DNA of 64,000 nucleotides from an uncultured archaeon (GTDB lineage Archaea; Nanobdellota; Nanobdellia; Pacearchaeales; GW2011-AR1): NCBI GenBank assembly GCA_902385625.1, contig CABMGE010000010.1, positions 39,589 to 103,588 of the forward strand, read 5' to 3'. Shown piece by piece: positions 17,670 to 26,105 of this stretch (position 1 is its first letter; each line of letters starts with the position of its first letter). The notes under the pieces were generated by a model. It saw only the letters and a program-made list of their open reading frames with translations, ran no database searches and was not told where the DNA came from. The position numbers and the translations under genes were made by a program.

Positions 17670-18400
17670 TGTAATTTTCCCTCCAAAACATCCTTTGTTG
17701 TTATCAACTTTGCACCTGCTGCTACCATTTCATCAAGTGCTTTTTTTCCAAATAAAGGGTCAATCTTTCCTGTAAAGTCAATATCAACTTCTTCAATTGC
17801 ATCAGTTACAACATAGATTCCAAGTTTTGCACTCCACTCATCCCTATATTTTGCAGTTGAAAGTACTGCTGCTTTATCACAATAATCTGTTGCAAACCCA
17901 TCAAAGAGAATATTTTCAACTCCATCTTCTAAAAGCAATTTCAAGGCTTGTTTAAAATTAGGATTTGTGTTTACATCATAACTTTGTTTTTCAAAAATTA
18001 TCTGAGCATCAGATTCTACATATCGCTTTAGTTCTTCCTGTGTATAAACCCTTATACCTAGCATCGGGCCATCTTTACTTCTAATATAAACATCTCTTTG
18101 AGGCTCAAGTTCTGGAAGTCTTAATTGACCAAAAGTTCCATTCATACAGTGATCTTCAAACACTCCGCCTTTATTTCTTATAAGTTCTGCGTCTTCATAA
18201 AAATGCCGGTCAACTGAACCAAGTATTCTCAAATTATTCTTTAGTGCATAGTTGTGTATTGCAAATATATTTGGAAGCATTTCTTCTGCTCCGTAAGCCT
18301 TACTTGTCCAAGGTTTATTTGCATGAACAAACAAAGCTCCTGTTCTTAGTGCAAAATCAGGTTGCACATCTGTTTCATAAATTGCTGTTTTTGATTTCAT
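17666..18400 (-). CDS. pncA: nicotinamidase (isochorismatase family)
   Basis: ETDVQPDF, FEKQSYDV, GFATDYCD (Asp/Lys/Cys triad positions). Track ORF reaches 18448; ATG at 18400 abuts the pncB stop. Confidence 0.7.
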   Translation of the reverse strand: MKSKTAIYETDVQPDFALRTGALFVHANKPWTSKAYGAEEMLPNIFAIHNYALKNNLRILGSVDRHFYEDAELIRNKGGVFEDHCMNGTFGQLRLPELEPQRDVYIRSKDGPMLGIRVYTQEELKRYVESDAQIIFEKQSYDVNTNPNFKQALKLLLEDGVENILFDGFATDYCDKAAVLSTAKYRDEWSAKLGIYVVTDAIEEVDIDFTGKIDPLFGKKALDEMVAAGAKLITTKDVLEGKLQ

Positions 18401-18401
18401 T

Positions 18402-19640
18402 TTAGTATGTACACCTCTCAAATTTATATTTAGCAGGATCATATTCAAAGATTTTCATGAACCTTTCTATATCTTCTTTTGATCCAGTTGCTTTTGCAGG
18501 ATTATCACTTAATTTTACTGTTCCATATCCATTTGCTTCTGTTGCCTTTGTTACCTGTGATAGTGCTTTTATCCCTAGATCGTTTGTAGCATTAGTTCCC
18601 CAACCTGCTACTTGAAGAATTTTTCCCCTATAGGTATTATGTAAATCCACCATTTTGTCTACACATAATCCATCACTAGGAACAAATAATTTTTTTCTAG
18701 GATCTATATTTTTTTCTTCATAAAATCTTATTTGCTTATCTGTAAATATTTTTGGAACTCCTGAATCTTGTCTACAACCTTTGTAATCTTCTGCTTGTTT
18801 TTGAGTCATGTCTTTAAAGAAAAAATCACTTCCATAAGTATCTGTTAATGCAATAGATAAATCATAGCCATATTCATCCCACCATTCAGTTAAAACCTGA
18901 TTATGAGATGCTCTTATCTCATCATCATTTTTATGCATTATTCCAGACATTACCATAAATAATTCATGAGCCATTGTTCCAGAAGGTTTTAAGCCATATT
19001 TCATAGCAAGAAAAACATTTGAAGTTCCTACTAATTGCTCAGGATTTTCTTCTAACATTCTTTTAAGAACATGATCTTGCCATAATTTGCTAAATCTTCT
19101 TCTTGTCCCAAATTCTATATATTTTAATCCAGAATTTTCATTTATTATATTTAATTTGTAATCAAGTCTTTGATTTCCCGTATTATATAAGTTTTCCAAT
19201 TCTTCTTTAGAAAAATTTTTGATTAATGCCCTATAATAAAGTTCATTTTTTATTGCGAGTGAAGGAGTCTCCCAATAGATTGCTTCTGACCATTTACCAG
19301 GAAATTCAATCTTGAATTGTCCATCTCTTTTTTCAAGATTATAATTTGGAAGCCTAAGACTCGCTAAAAAATTCAAATAATCTTCATTAAATAATCTTTT
19401 TCCATTATTTTTTTGAGTTCTTAGATAATCTAATTCTTCAGGTTTTGCTTTTAATTCTCTGACAGAATCTAATTCTTCCCTTAAATCTTTTTCGTTTATG
19501 ATCTCTGCTAATTTTATATCAGTCCTATTTTTATATGCATATTTAACAGGAACATCTTTGTATCTATTAAATACGAATTGTCCCATTGTTAATTTGTAAT
19601 GGTCTGTGTCTAATACTGAAGTTATTATTGGTTCTATCAT
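18402..19640 (-). CDS. pncB: nicotinate phosphoribosyltransferase
   Basis: 412 aa; LDTDHYKLTMGQ N-terminal signature; FGTRRR. Confidence 0.85.
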   Translation of the reverse strand: MIEPIITSVLDTDHYKLTMGQFVFNRYKDVPVKYAYKNRTDIKLAEIINEKDLREELDSVRELKAKPEELDYLRTQKNNGKRLFNEDYLNFLASLRLPNYNLEKRDGQFKIEFPGKWSEAIYWETPSLAIKNELYYRALIKNFSKEELENLYNTGNQRLDYKLNIINENSGLKYIEFGTRRRFSKLWQDHVLKRMLEENPEQLVGTSNVFLAMKYGLKPSGTMAHELFMVMSGIMHKNDDEIRASHNQVLTEWWDEYGYDLSIALTDTYGSDFFFKDMTQKQAEDYKGCRQDSGVPKIFTDKQIRFYEEKNIDPRKKLFVPSDGLCVDKMVDLHNTYRGKILQVAGWGTNATNDLGIKALSQVTKATEANGYGTVKLSDNPAKATGSKEDIERFMKIFEYDPAKYKFERCTY

Positions 19641-19641
19641 T

Positions 19642-19902
19642 TTAATTCCAACCTCCGCATTTTAATGCCTTATAGAGTCTCTCTGTATTTTTGTAACCTG
19701 TTGCATTTCTTACCCATGGAACTATAACTTTTCTTGCATCAGTGTCCACAGTTATTGGACAGGGTACAGGATAGGCTGCTCTAAATGCTATATAAGGATT
19801 ATTGCTTTCTCTTCTAACTGTTACAAAAGAGAGTTTCTCTAGTGCTTTTGCTACATTTTTAAGTCTAAGTCCGTCTGCTGTTCTTTGTGGTTTTGGTAAC
19901 AT
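19642..19902 (-). CDS. small protein, family B copy 3 (possible HicA/YcfA-like fold)
   Basis: MLPKPQRTADGLRLKNVAKALEKL...GGWN; paralog of 20168..20419 and 20421..20708; TAATG junction at 19902. Confidence 0.55.
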   Translation of the reverse strand: MLPKPQRTADGLRLKNVAKALEKLSFVTVRRESNNPYIAFRAAYPVPCPITVDTDARKVIVPWVRNATGYKNTERLYKALKCGGWN

Positions 19903-20165
19903 TATCTTCTTCCTCCAACTTGTTTTAAAGTTAAATAACATCCATCTCTTTGATCGCATTCATATCTTACATCGTCCCAGTATTCCTTGTATCTTCTTAC
20001 AAGTTCAGTTTTTACTTTAGGCTTTATTGCATTTGGAAGAGATATGCTAATACCTCCACCATTGAAATTTTCAAGCAAATATGCGTCTATTCTTGATTCA
20101 AGCTGATTTACTTCTGTACAATCTGCTTGTGTTAATTCAAGTGCCTGACTAGGACTTACTACCAT
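19902..20165 (-). CDS. small protein, family A copy 2
   Basis: Internal ATG at 20165 follows the upstream stop (20168). Shares LE..(I/V)..Y(L/F).(E/K)NF.G..I.(I/V)SL with 20710..20895. Confidence 0.5.
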   Translation of the reverse strand: MVVSPSQALELTQADCTEVNQLESRIDAYLLENFNGGGISISLPNAIKPKVKTELVRRYKEYWDDVRYECDQRDGCYLTLKQVGGRR

Positions 20166-20167
20166 AT

Positions 20168-20419
20168 TTAATTCCACTCTCCGTTTCTGAGTGCCTGATA
20201 GATTTGATTTGAATTCTGATATCCCATTGCTTCTTTTACCCATGGAACTACCATTCTTCTTGCATCTGTACTTGCAGCGATTGGACAAGGTACTGGATAT
20301 GCTTCTCTAAATGCAACATAAGGATGATTTGCTCCTCTTCTTATTGTTACATTATTGAGCCTTTCCAAGGCTTTTATTACATTTTTTAGTTTGAGTCCAT
20401 CTCGTGTTTTTTGTGCCAT
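20168..20419 (-). CDS. small protein, family B copy 2 (possible HicA/YcfA-like fold; retains His in GANHPY)
   Basis: MAQKTRDGLKLKNVIKALERL...GEWN; ATG at 20419 follows the upstream stop at 20421. Confidence 0.55.
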   Translation of the reverse strand: MAQKTRDGLKLKNVIKALERLNNVTIRRGANHPYVAFREAYPVPCPIAASTDARRMVVPWVKEAMGYQNSNQIYQALRNGEWN

Positions 20420-20420
20420 A

Positions 20421-20708
20421 CTAGTTCCAGCCTCCCTCTTGCAAAGCAAGGTATATTGTATCAGAGTCCTTGTATCCACTTACATTTTTAACCCAAGGAA
20501 CCACTTCCTCTCTTGCATTAGTATACTTTGATAATATACAAGGTTCTGGAAATGCGGGTGTTTTAGCAATATAGTCTACATAAGGATCATTAGTTTTGAT
20601 TCTAACAAAAAGCAATCTTTCTAATGCTTTTGCTACATTTTTAAGATTTAAACCATCGAGTGTCTTTTGTTCAAGCCTATCCCTAACTCTTATTGGAACT
20701 CTATTCAT
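20421..20708 (-). CDS. small protein, family B copy 1
   Basis: LDGLNLKNVAKALERLLFVRIKTNDPY...VVPWVKNVSGY...GGWN. Confidence 0.55.
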   Translation of the reverse strand: MNRVPIRVRDRLEQKTLDGLNLKNVAKALERLLFVRIKTNDPYVDYIAKTPAFPEPCILSKYTNAREEVVPWVKNVSGYKDSDTIYLALQEGGWN

Positions 20709-20709
20709 T

Positions 20710-20895
20710 TTATACTAAACCTCCATATTCAATTACTAGGTTGTTAAGTGAAACATAAATTGTAAATCCTGAGAAGTTCTTTTCAAAGTATCCATTTACT
20801 TCTCTTTCTAGTTCGCAGAGTTTTCCAAAATCTTCTGCGCCAAGTCTTAAAACTTGCTCCTCAAGTTGCATTTGTTTTGCCATTTTATTCTCCAT
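20710..20895 (-). CDS. small protein, family A copy 1 (first ORF of the NAD operon)
   Basis: 61 aa; alternative ATG at 20883 is preceded by GGAG. Confidence 0.5.
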   Translation of the reverse strand: MENKMAKQMQLEEQVLRLGAEDFGKLCELEREVNGYFEKNFSGFTIYVSLNNLVIEYGGLV

Positions 20896-20950
20896 TGTTT
20901 TTGTTTTTTTGTTTATTTTTGTGGAAAGCGATTTTTCTTTCTCGCCTTAC

Positions 20951-21037
20951 CTTAGTGTACTTATTACACATAGATATTGTATATTCTACACTTTATAAAC
21001 ATTATGGTAGTAGAGTATATGTATATTTTACACTAAG
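20951..21037 (-). promoter_or_regulatory. promoter/operator module of the NAD operon: TATA box plus three TGTA-N5-TACA palindromes, bounded by an 8-nt inverted repeat
   Basis: Sites at 20956-20968, 20978-20990, 21020-21032; TTTATAAAG on the minus strand at 20999-20991; CTTAGTGT 20951-58 / ACACTAAG 21030-37. Confidence 0.5.
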
Positions 21038-21086
21038 ATTAAGATATTTTATATTTTTAAGAAAATTTTATGACGAGAAAAAGATA

Positions 21087-22022
21087 TTATAAATGCGGCC
21101 TATCAGAAGCACATACTCTTGATGCAATTTCACTTCCCATATTACCACATTCATCCAATGGAAGGCCTATTAGATATGCGAATAAAAAACCTGATGCATA
21201 AGCATCTCCTGCACCGCAGGTGCTTTTGACTTCTACTGGAATAATTGGTATCCTATATTCTTCAGATACATGACCTACTCTTCTTCGAACAACTGAGCCT
21301 TGACTTCCTTTTTTTAAAATAACTATTCCAGAATAATCAGAAAGAGCCTTAAGTGCATTTAGAGGATTTTTTCCAGTCAATTCTTCTGCTTCACTTTCTG
21401 TTGCAAACAAAATATCAATATCTTTTAATAAATATTCAATTGAACTTCGTTCTCTTTGAATCATTGCTTTGTCTGCAAGGTCAAAACTCAATTTTACATT
21501 GTATTTTTTTGCATATTCTATTGCTTCTTTTGTTTTTTTTGGATTTGTTACAAGTTCATAACCTGAAGTATGGAAAATCCTTGAGTCTTTTAATTTTGAA
21601 AAATCAAAATCAAACTGATTTGCAACTCCTATATCTGCAGTAGTTGTTTTTTCTCCATCTGGAGTAATCATTATATAGCATACTCCGCTTTTTCCATCCA
21701 CTGTATTAATAAGAGAGGTAATATTATTTTGCTGTATTGTTCTTATGTAATTTTCTCCAAAAGAATCATTGCCAACTGTTGCATATAGACCTGTTTTTTT
21801 GAGTCCAAGTCTTGAAGTATTAATTATGACATTTGCAGGAGAACCTGCAGGATATAATTTGAATATTTTTTCATGGATTATATCTGAAAATAATTTTTGA
21901 TCTAAATTTCTTAAAGGAGTATAACTCTCTTTTTTTAGCCCTAGTCTACTTAACTCTTCTTCTGTAATCTCAAATGTCAAGTCAGTCATTGCATTTGAAA
22001 GAGCTATTAAGTCAAGTTTCAT
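21087..22022 (-). CDS. PfkB-family carbohydrate/nucleoside kinase (ribokinase/adenosine-kinase-like)
   Basis: C-terminal STCGAGDAYASGF motif. Track ORF reaches 22040; ATG at 22022 abuts the upstream stop at 22024. Confidence 0.8.
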   Translation of the reverse strand: MKLDLIALSNAMTDLTFEITEEELSRLGLKKESYTPLRNLDQKLFSDIIHEKIFKLYPAGSPANVIINTSRLGLKKTGLYATVGNDSFGENYIRTIQQNNITSLINTVDGKSGVCYIMITPDGEKTTTADIGVANQFDFDFSKLKDSRIFHTSGYELVTNPKKTKEAIEYAKKYNVKLSFDLADKAMIQRERSSIEYLLKDIDILFATESEAEELTGKNPLNALKALSDYSGIVILKKGSQGSVVRRRVGHVSEEYRIPIIPVEVKSTCGAGDAYASGFLFAYLIGLPLDECGNMGSEIASRVCASDRPHL

Positions 22023-22023
22023 T

Positions 22024-24231
22024 TTATTTATACCTAACAAGTATTGATCCTAGTTTATCTTTGATTGATTTAATATTTGAAACATGAAAGTATAAAACAT
22101 TTTGCTTTGATTTTCCCATTGACTCTATACTTCTGCCAAATGTACTGGCTGAACCTACATCAATAAAAACAAAAGAATGATTTCCTTCATTTGAAAACTC
22201 ATCTATTCTCCTATACAGACTACTTGTATCTCCATCAATTTGCCCGTCAGTTATAAAAGTGTAGATTGATTTTCCAGGGGCAAGATCTTTTTTAATTTTT
22301 AAAAAAACACCGCTATTAAAATAAGTATTTCCACATTGAGGGTTCAAAGATACATCTTTTACTGGATGCGATCTTGACTCATAAACTTTAATTAAACTAT
22401 CAAGACCTGAATAGTGAGTTGAATCTGAAAAGTCCACTACTCCGAATTTTAAATCTTTTTTCATAGCTTTGCATACTTTATACAACCCTTTTTGCAAACC
22501 ATATTTTACTCTATTTAATATATCAAATTTACATCCAGTTCCTACATAAGATTTGCTTCCCATTGAACCTGAAGAGTCCTGGAAAAAGACCCAGTTGTCT
22601 GGAATTTCAATTCCGGTTAATTGGCTATTGTAAGATTTTTGAGGTGTTTCTTCTAAAACATATTGGTTTAATTTAAAAAATCCTCCACCTGCTTCAATTA
22701 AAACTGGAAGACCGGTGGATCTTTGAAAGTTTACTATTGGTCCATGATTGAGTCTTGAAACATCTGCAGGGGTTAAGGTATCAGTTCTTACAAGTTTCCA
22801 TCTTTTAGTTGTTCCAAGGCTAAAAGAAACATTTTCCTGAGAAGGATTTCTTACCTCCAGAACATCTGCATTTCTTTTATAGTATTCATCAGCTGCAAGA
22901 GTATCTATTTTTTTAAGCAAATTTTTTCCAGCACCTCCCATGCCATAACCCCCTCCTGAGTTTGCAGCTTCTTCAAGTAAATCATCTGCTTCTTTTGGAT
23001 CAAGTTCTCCAAGTAAATCATCAAGTGTATTTGCCATACTATCACCGTCTAATTCATCCTGAGATTTTTCATCATCAGAATCATCTCCACTTCCACCTCC
23101 GCCAGAGGGATCTGAATCTCCTTCACCTTTCTCTCCACTTCCGCTTCCTCCTGGACTTCCCATGGAATTCGGATCAGGACTTCCTTGTTTTCCTGAAAGA
23201 GACATATAGGGGCTAAGAACTTTCATAAAACCTTTTAATGAATCATATCTCATTGAATAAGTATCAAAAATCTTAGTTAAAGTGGAAATAAAATATTTTT
23301 GATTTATTTCATAATCAGGACTAGTTAAATCATGTATTTTTGCTACTCTTTTTTTATAATCATCTTTATCTATGGATTTTTTTTGTAATTCTTTTAAGTC
23401 CAGTTCTGAAATAAAACCCCTGTACATTTCCTTTATTATGTCAATTGAATCTGAATTTGAAATTTTCTTGGATTTTAAATCATCTAAGAAAAAATCAAGG
23501 GCTTTTTCCCGAATATCAGAATTATTATACGAAAGAGTAGAATACATCCCCCCAATAAGTGATATTGGAATATCTGTTGTTCTGTTATTTGCAGAAATTA
23601 TATAAATTATTGGAAGAATTCCTTTTGGATAGCAAGTGACTGGACTCTTACCTATTTGTCTTTTATTTTTTGCAAAAACAAAACCAAGCTTTTCTTCAAG
23701 ATCATCATTATTATATCCTGCTGTTTTTGATAAAAAACTTATATTTAAAACAACATCCCAGATTAAATTTTTTGAATTATTCACCTTAAGAAGTATATCT
23801 GTTTTTGATAAACCTGGTTCTTTCTTTTTAACACCATCATATAATGCTTTTGATATTTTTCTCTCGTCCTGTTTACTGTTTGGGCAAAGCCAGGGATGAA
23901 GTTGCTCATGAAAATGAACAAACAAAAAATTATCAAGAACAAGATTTGGAAATACTTCTGAAGTTGGAACAGATGGCATAGAATAAAGAAGATGGCAGGC
24001 ATCTTCATATGCAGGAATTATTATATCTTCAAAGTTTTTTCTAAACTTTTTTTCATCAACATTAATAAAAATTCTTTTATTATCAGTATAAGCTTCAAAA
24101 TCTCCCTGTCTTGGTTTTGTTCCGATTATTACAGGTTTATTTGAGTCAAGAGGGGTTGCAAGCCTTACTGTCTCTCTCCATGTGCTTTCAGCATTTTTTA
24201 ATATTTTTAATACCATATTTCCAGTCAACAA
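22024..24231 (-). CDS. HExxH (metallopeptidase-like) N-domain + acidic G/S/D/E linker + vWA domain protein, MoxR partner
   Basis: FHEQLHPW; GSPGGSGSGEKGEGDSDPSGGGGSGDDSDDE linker; MIDAS FFQDSSGSMGS ... TDGQ. Confidence 0.75.
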   Translation of the reverse strand: MLTGNMVLKILKNAESTWRETVRLATPLDSNKPVIIGTKPRQGDFEAYTDNKRIFINVDEKKFRKNFEDIIIPAYEDACHLLYSMPSVPTSEVFPNLVLDNFLFVHFHEQLHPWLCPNSKQDERKISKALYDGVKKKEPGLSKTDILLKVNNSKNLIWDVVLNISFLSKTAGYNNDDLEEKLGFVFAKNKRQIGKSPVTCYPKGILPIIYIISANNRTTDIPISLIGGMYSTLSYNNSDIREKALDFFLDDLKSKKISNSDSIDIIKEMYRGFISELDLKELQKKSIDKDDYKKRVAKIHDLTSPDYEINQKYFISTLTKIFDTYSMRYDSLKGFMKVLSPYMSLSGKQGSPDPNSMGSPGGSGSGEKGEGDSDPSGGGGSGDDSDDEKSQDELDGDSMANTLDDLLGELDPKEADDLLEEAANSGGGYGMGGAGKNLLKKIDTLAADEYYKRNADVLEVRNPSQENVSFSLGTTKRWKLVRTDTLTPADVSRLNHGPIVNFQRSTGLPVLIEAGGGFFKLNQYVLEETPQKSYNSQLTGIEIPDNWVFFQDSSGSMGSKSYVGTGCKFDILNRVKYGLQKGLYKVCKAMKKDLKFGVVDFSDSTHYSGLDSLIKVYESRSHPVKDVSLNPQCGNTYFNSGVFLKIKKDLAPGKSIYTFITDGQIDGDTSSLYRRIDEFSNEGNHSFVFIDVGSASTFGRSIESMGKSKQNVLYFHVSNIKSIKDKLGSILVRYK

Positions 24232-24236
24232 TAGAC

Positions 24237-26105
24237 TTATAGGGAATTTTCAATTCCAAGAGTTCTTTGTATTCTATGTTGATAGATATCTGGCATTGTT
24301 ATTGCGTCATCCCTTTGTTTTTCACAATAAAATTTTCCAATTGCCTCAAGAATTTTATTTGCATCTGTGGGTTTTTTATATTTCTGAAGAACTGGTTTTT
24401 CTGTTTCAGTTTCTTTGTAAACTTGCAGCTCTTGTTTATACTGATCTAAAAATCCACAAAGAGTCATTAAATCACTTGCACTTCTTGCAATCATTACATT
24501 TCTTACATCTTCTGAAATGCTTATTTTTCCAACTAATTTCTTTGATTCTTTTACTATTTCCTTTATGAGTCCATCAATATCTCGAGATCCAGAGATATTT
24601 TCCCTTATTGCCCTGTAAATTGCAATATTTTTTATTCCTGCATCGCCATCATAAATATCAAATTGAGGATGAAGTCTTTTTGCTTCTTTCATATATTCTT
24701 CAGTTAATTTACAATATTGATTTAAAACTTCATTTATTCCATAAACAGGTGAAACTGAATTTGCTCTTTGCTTGTTTCTTGCAACAAGTGCAGTTGCTTC
24801 TGCAACTTCCCTTACTGTTACGCATTTGACTATATCAACATAATTTTTTACTGGATCTTTAGTCCTTAGCGAATCTTTAATATTTTTGAGGGTTGCCAAA
24901 ATGTCTGCTACTTTTTTAATTTGAACAATATCTCTAAATATTATTGGAACCTTGAAGGAGTCAGTTACTTCATGAATCTTTTTTACCTTCTCTGTTTCTT
25001 GCAAATCCTCATTTATTTCAATTCCTGTACCAAGTTCAGAGTTCCAGTCTGTTAGTACTTGTTTTTCATATTTGTAATAATTTATCAAGTTTCCGCTAAA
25101 TACAGAGGTCATAAGATCGGCAAGCTCTATTGCAGAATAAAGTATTGGCTTATCTGTTTTTGAAGAGTCTGTAATCCAGGCATAAGTTGAAAGCCAGGTA
25201 TCATCATCTTCTGCAATTAATTTTTCATCGAGCCCAAGTTTTTTTGCAGTTCTTTTTGAAAAATCATTTAAAAATAACTCATGCCTTTTTCCTTTTCCAT
25301 CTCCAAGCCAAAGAGTACTTCCTGCGCTTGCAGCTGCATTATTCATATATATTTTTAGAAGCCTATTATCAACTGCTGCATCAAGCTGCATTGTTCCTGT
25401 GAATTTTGCATCATCAGAACTTGAGGGGTTTTGGGCTGAAACTAAAAACATTTTTTTCTTTCTTCCAGTGTTTTCATTATATGCTCCGGATTTAATTTCG
25501 GGAATAGGAATTCCGAGCTTGTAAATTAAACCACCAAGATGCATTTCATTGTCAAATAATTGCAAGGTTTCATTAGGGTCTCCCCTATTTATTTCATCGA
25601 TTACTCCTGCTGCTGTTCTTTCAATTCTATCTTTTCTTGCTTCAACAACAGGCATTCCATTAACCATTTTTCCCTCTTGGAAGTGCTGGAAGAGATTATT
25701 TAAGAAAGCATTTGCACTAAGTCTATGAGAAAAATATTGACCTTCTTTAAATACAGTTGATAAATATCTTTGAATTCCAAATGTTTTTCCAACTCCTGTT
25801 TCTCCTTCAAGTAGTCCTGGAATTTCCCTTAAATCACACATTAAAAGTAAGTCCATATCATTAATATCTAAAACATTTTTTTTAGGAACCTTACTATGGC
25901 CCTTAGTTTCTTCCATTTCAATACAGTGATTTGTCTTGTCAAATGAGACTCTATAAAAAGGTGAAGGAGTACAATCCCTTCTTACAATACTGTACATTGA
26001 TTCTGCAAATGAGAGAAGCATTGCTGCATGGACTTTTTCCTCTGAAAAGTTCTTTCCAACAGTATCCAGGATTTTTTCAAGCATTGGTTTTTTATTATTT
26101 GGCAT
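24237..26105 (-). CDS. MoxR-type AAA+ ATPase with N- and long C-terminal extensions
   Basis: Walker A GETGVGKT, Walker B VIDEINRG, sensor-1 SAQNP, VDNRLL. Start is ATG 26105 or 26084 (track ORF reaches 26147). Confidence 0.8.
   Translation of the reverse strand: MPNNKKPMLEKILDTVGKNFSEEKVHAAMLLSFAESMYSIVRRDCTPSPFYRVSFDKTNHCIEMEETKGHSKVPKKNVLDINDMDLLLMCDLREIPGLLEGETGVGKTFGIQRYLSTVFKEGQYFSHRLSANAFLNNLFQHFQEGKMVNGMPVVEARKDRIERTAAGVIDEINRGDPNETLQLFDNEMHLGGLIYKLGIPIPEIKSGAYNENTGRKKKMFLVSAQNPSSSDDAKFTGTMQLDAAVDNRLLKIYMNNAAASAGSTLWLGDGKGKRHELFLNDFSKRTAKKLGLDEKLIAEDDDTWLSTYAWITDSSKTDKPILYSAIELADLMTSVFSGNLINYYKYEKQVLTDWNSELGTGIEINEDLQETEKVKKIHEVTDSFKVPIIFRDIVQIKKVADILATLKNIKDSLRTKDPVKNYVDIVKCVTVREVAEATALVARNKQRANSVSPVYGINEVLNQYCKLTEEYMKEAKRLHPQFDIYDGDAGIKNIAIYRAIRENISGSRDIDGLIKEIVKESKKLVGKISISEDVRNVMIARSASDLMTLCGFLDQYKQELQVYKETETEKPVLQKYKKPTDANKILEAIGKFYCEKQRDDAITMPDIYQHRIQRTLGIENSL

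Noticed and set aside
19903-20479. The long N-terminal extensions of track ORFs 19642..19959, 19902..20288 and 20168..20479 would make the small genes overlap by 58-121 nt.
   Set aside because: Each has an internal ATG that abuts the upstream stop exactly (TAATG at 19902, ATG 20165 after stop 20168, ATG 20419 after stop 20421). The paralog alignments begin there, and the extensions are unconserved K/R-rich read-through of the neighbour.
7341-20895. The NAD operon as a prophage-borne NAD reconstitution pathway (NARP-like), or the left half as a mobile element.
   Set aside because: I saw no Nampt-like or PRPP-synthetase-like Adps genes, no phage structural genes, and no integrase, transposase or flanking tRNA. 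Horizontal origin remains possible but is not shown by the sequence.
20877-21092. The plus-strand ORF 20877..21092 (71 aa) covers the NAD-operon promoter.
   Set aside because: It is a low-complexity F/L/Y-rich translation of an intergenic region that carries the TATA box and palindromes. It has no start context.
22024-26105. The MoxR/vWA pair as CobS/CobT cobaltochelatase or BchI/BchD Mg-chelatase subunits.
   Set aside because: The Walker B is the MoxR-type DEINR. No CobN/BchH-like large subunit or other corrin/chlorophyll genes are nearby, and the vWA protein has an HExxH N-domain rather than an AAA-like one.
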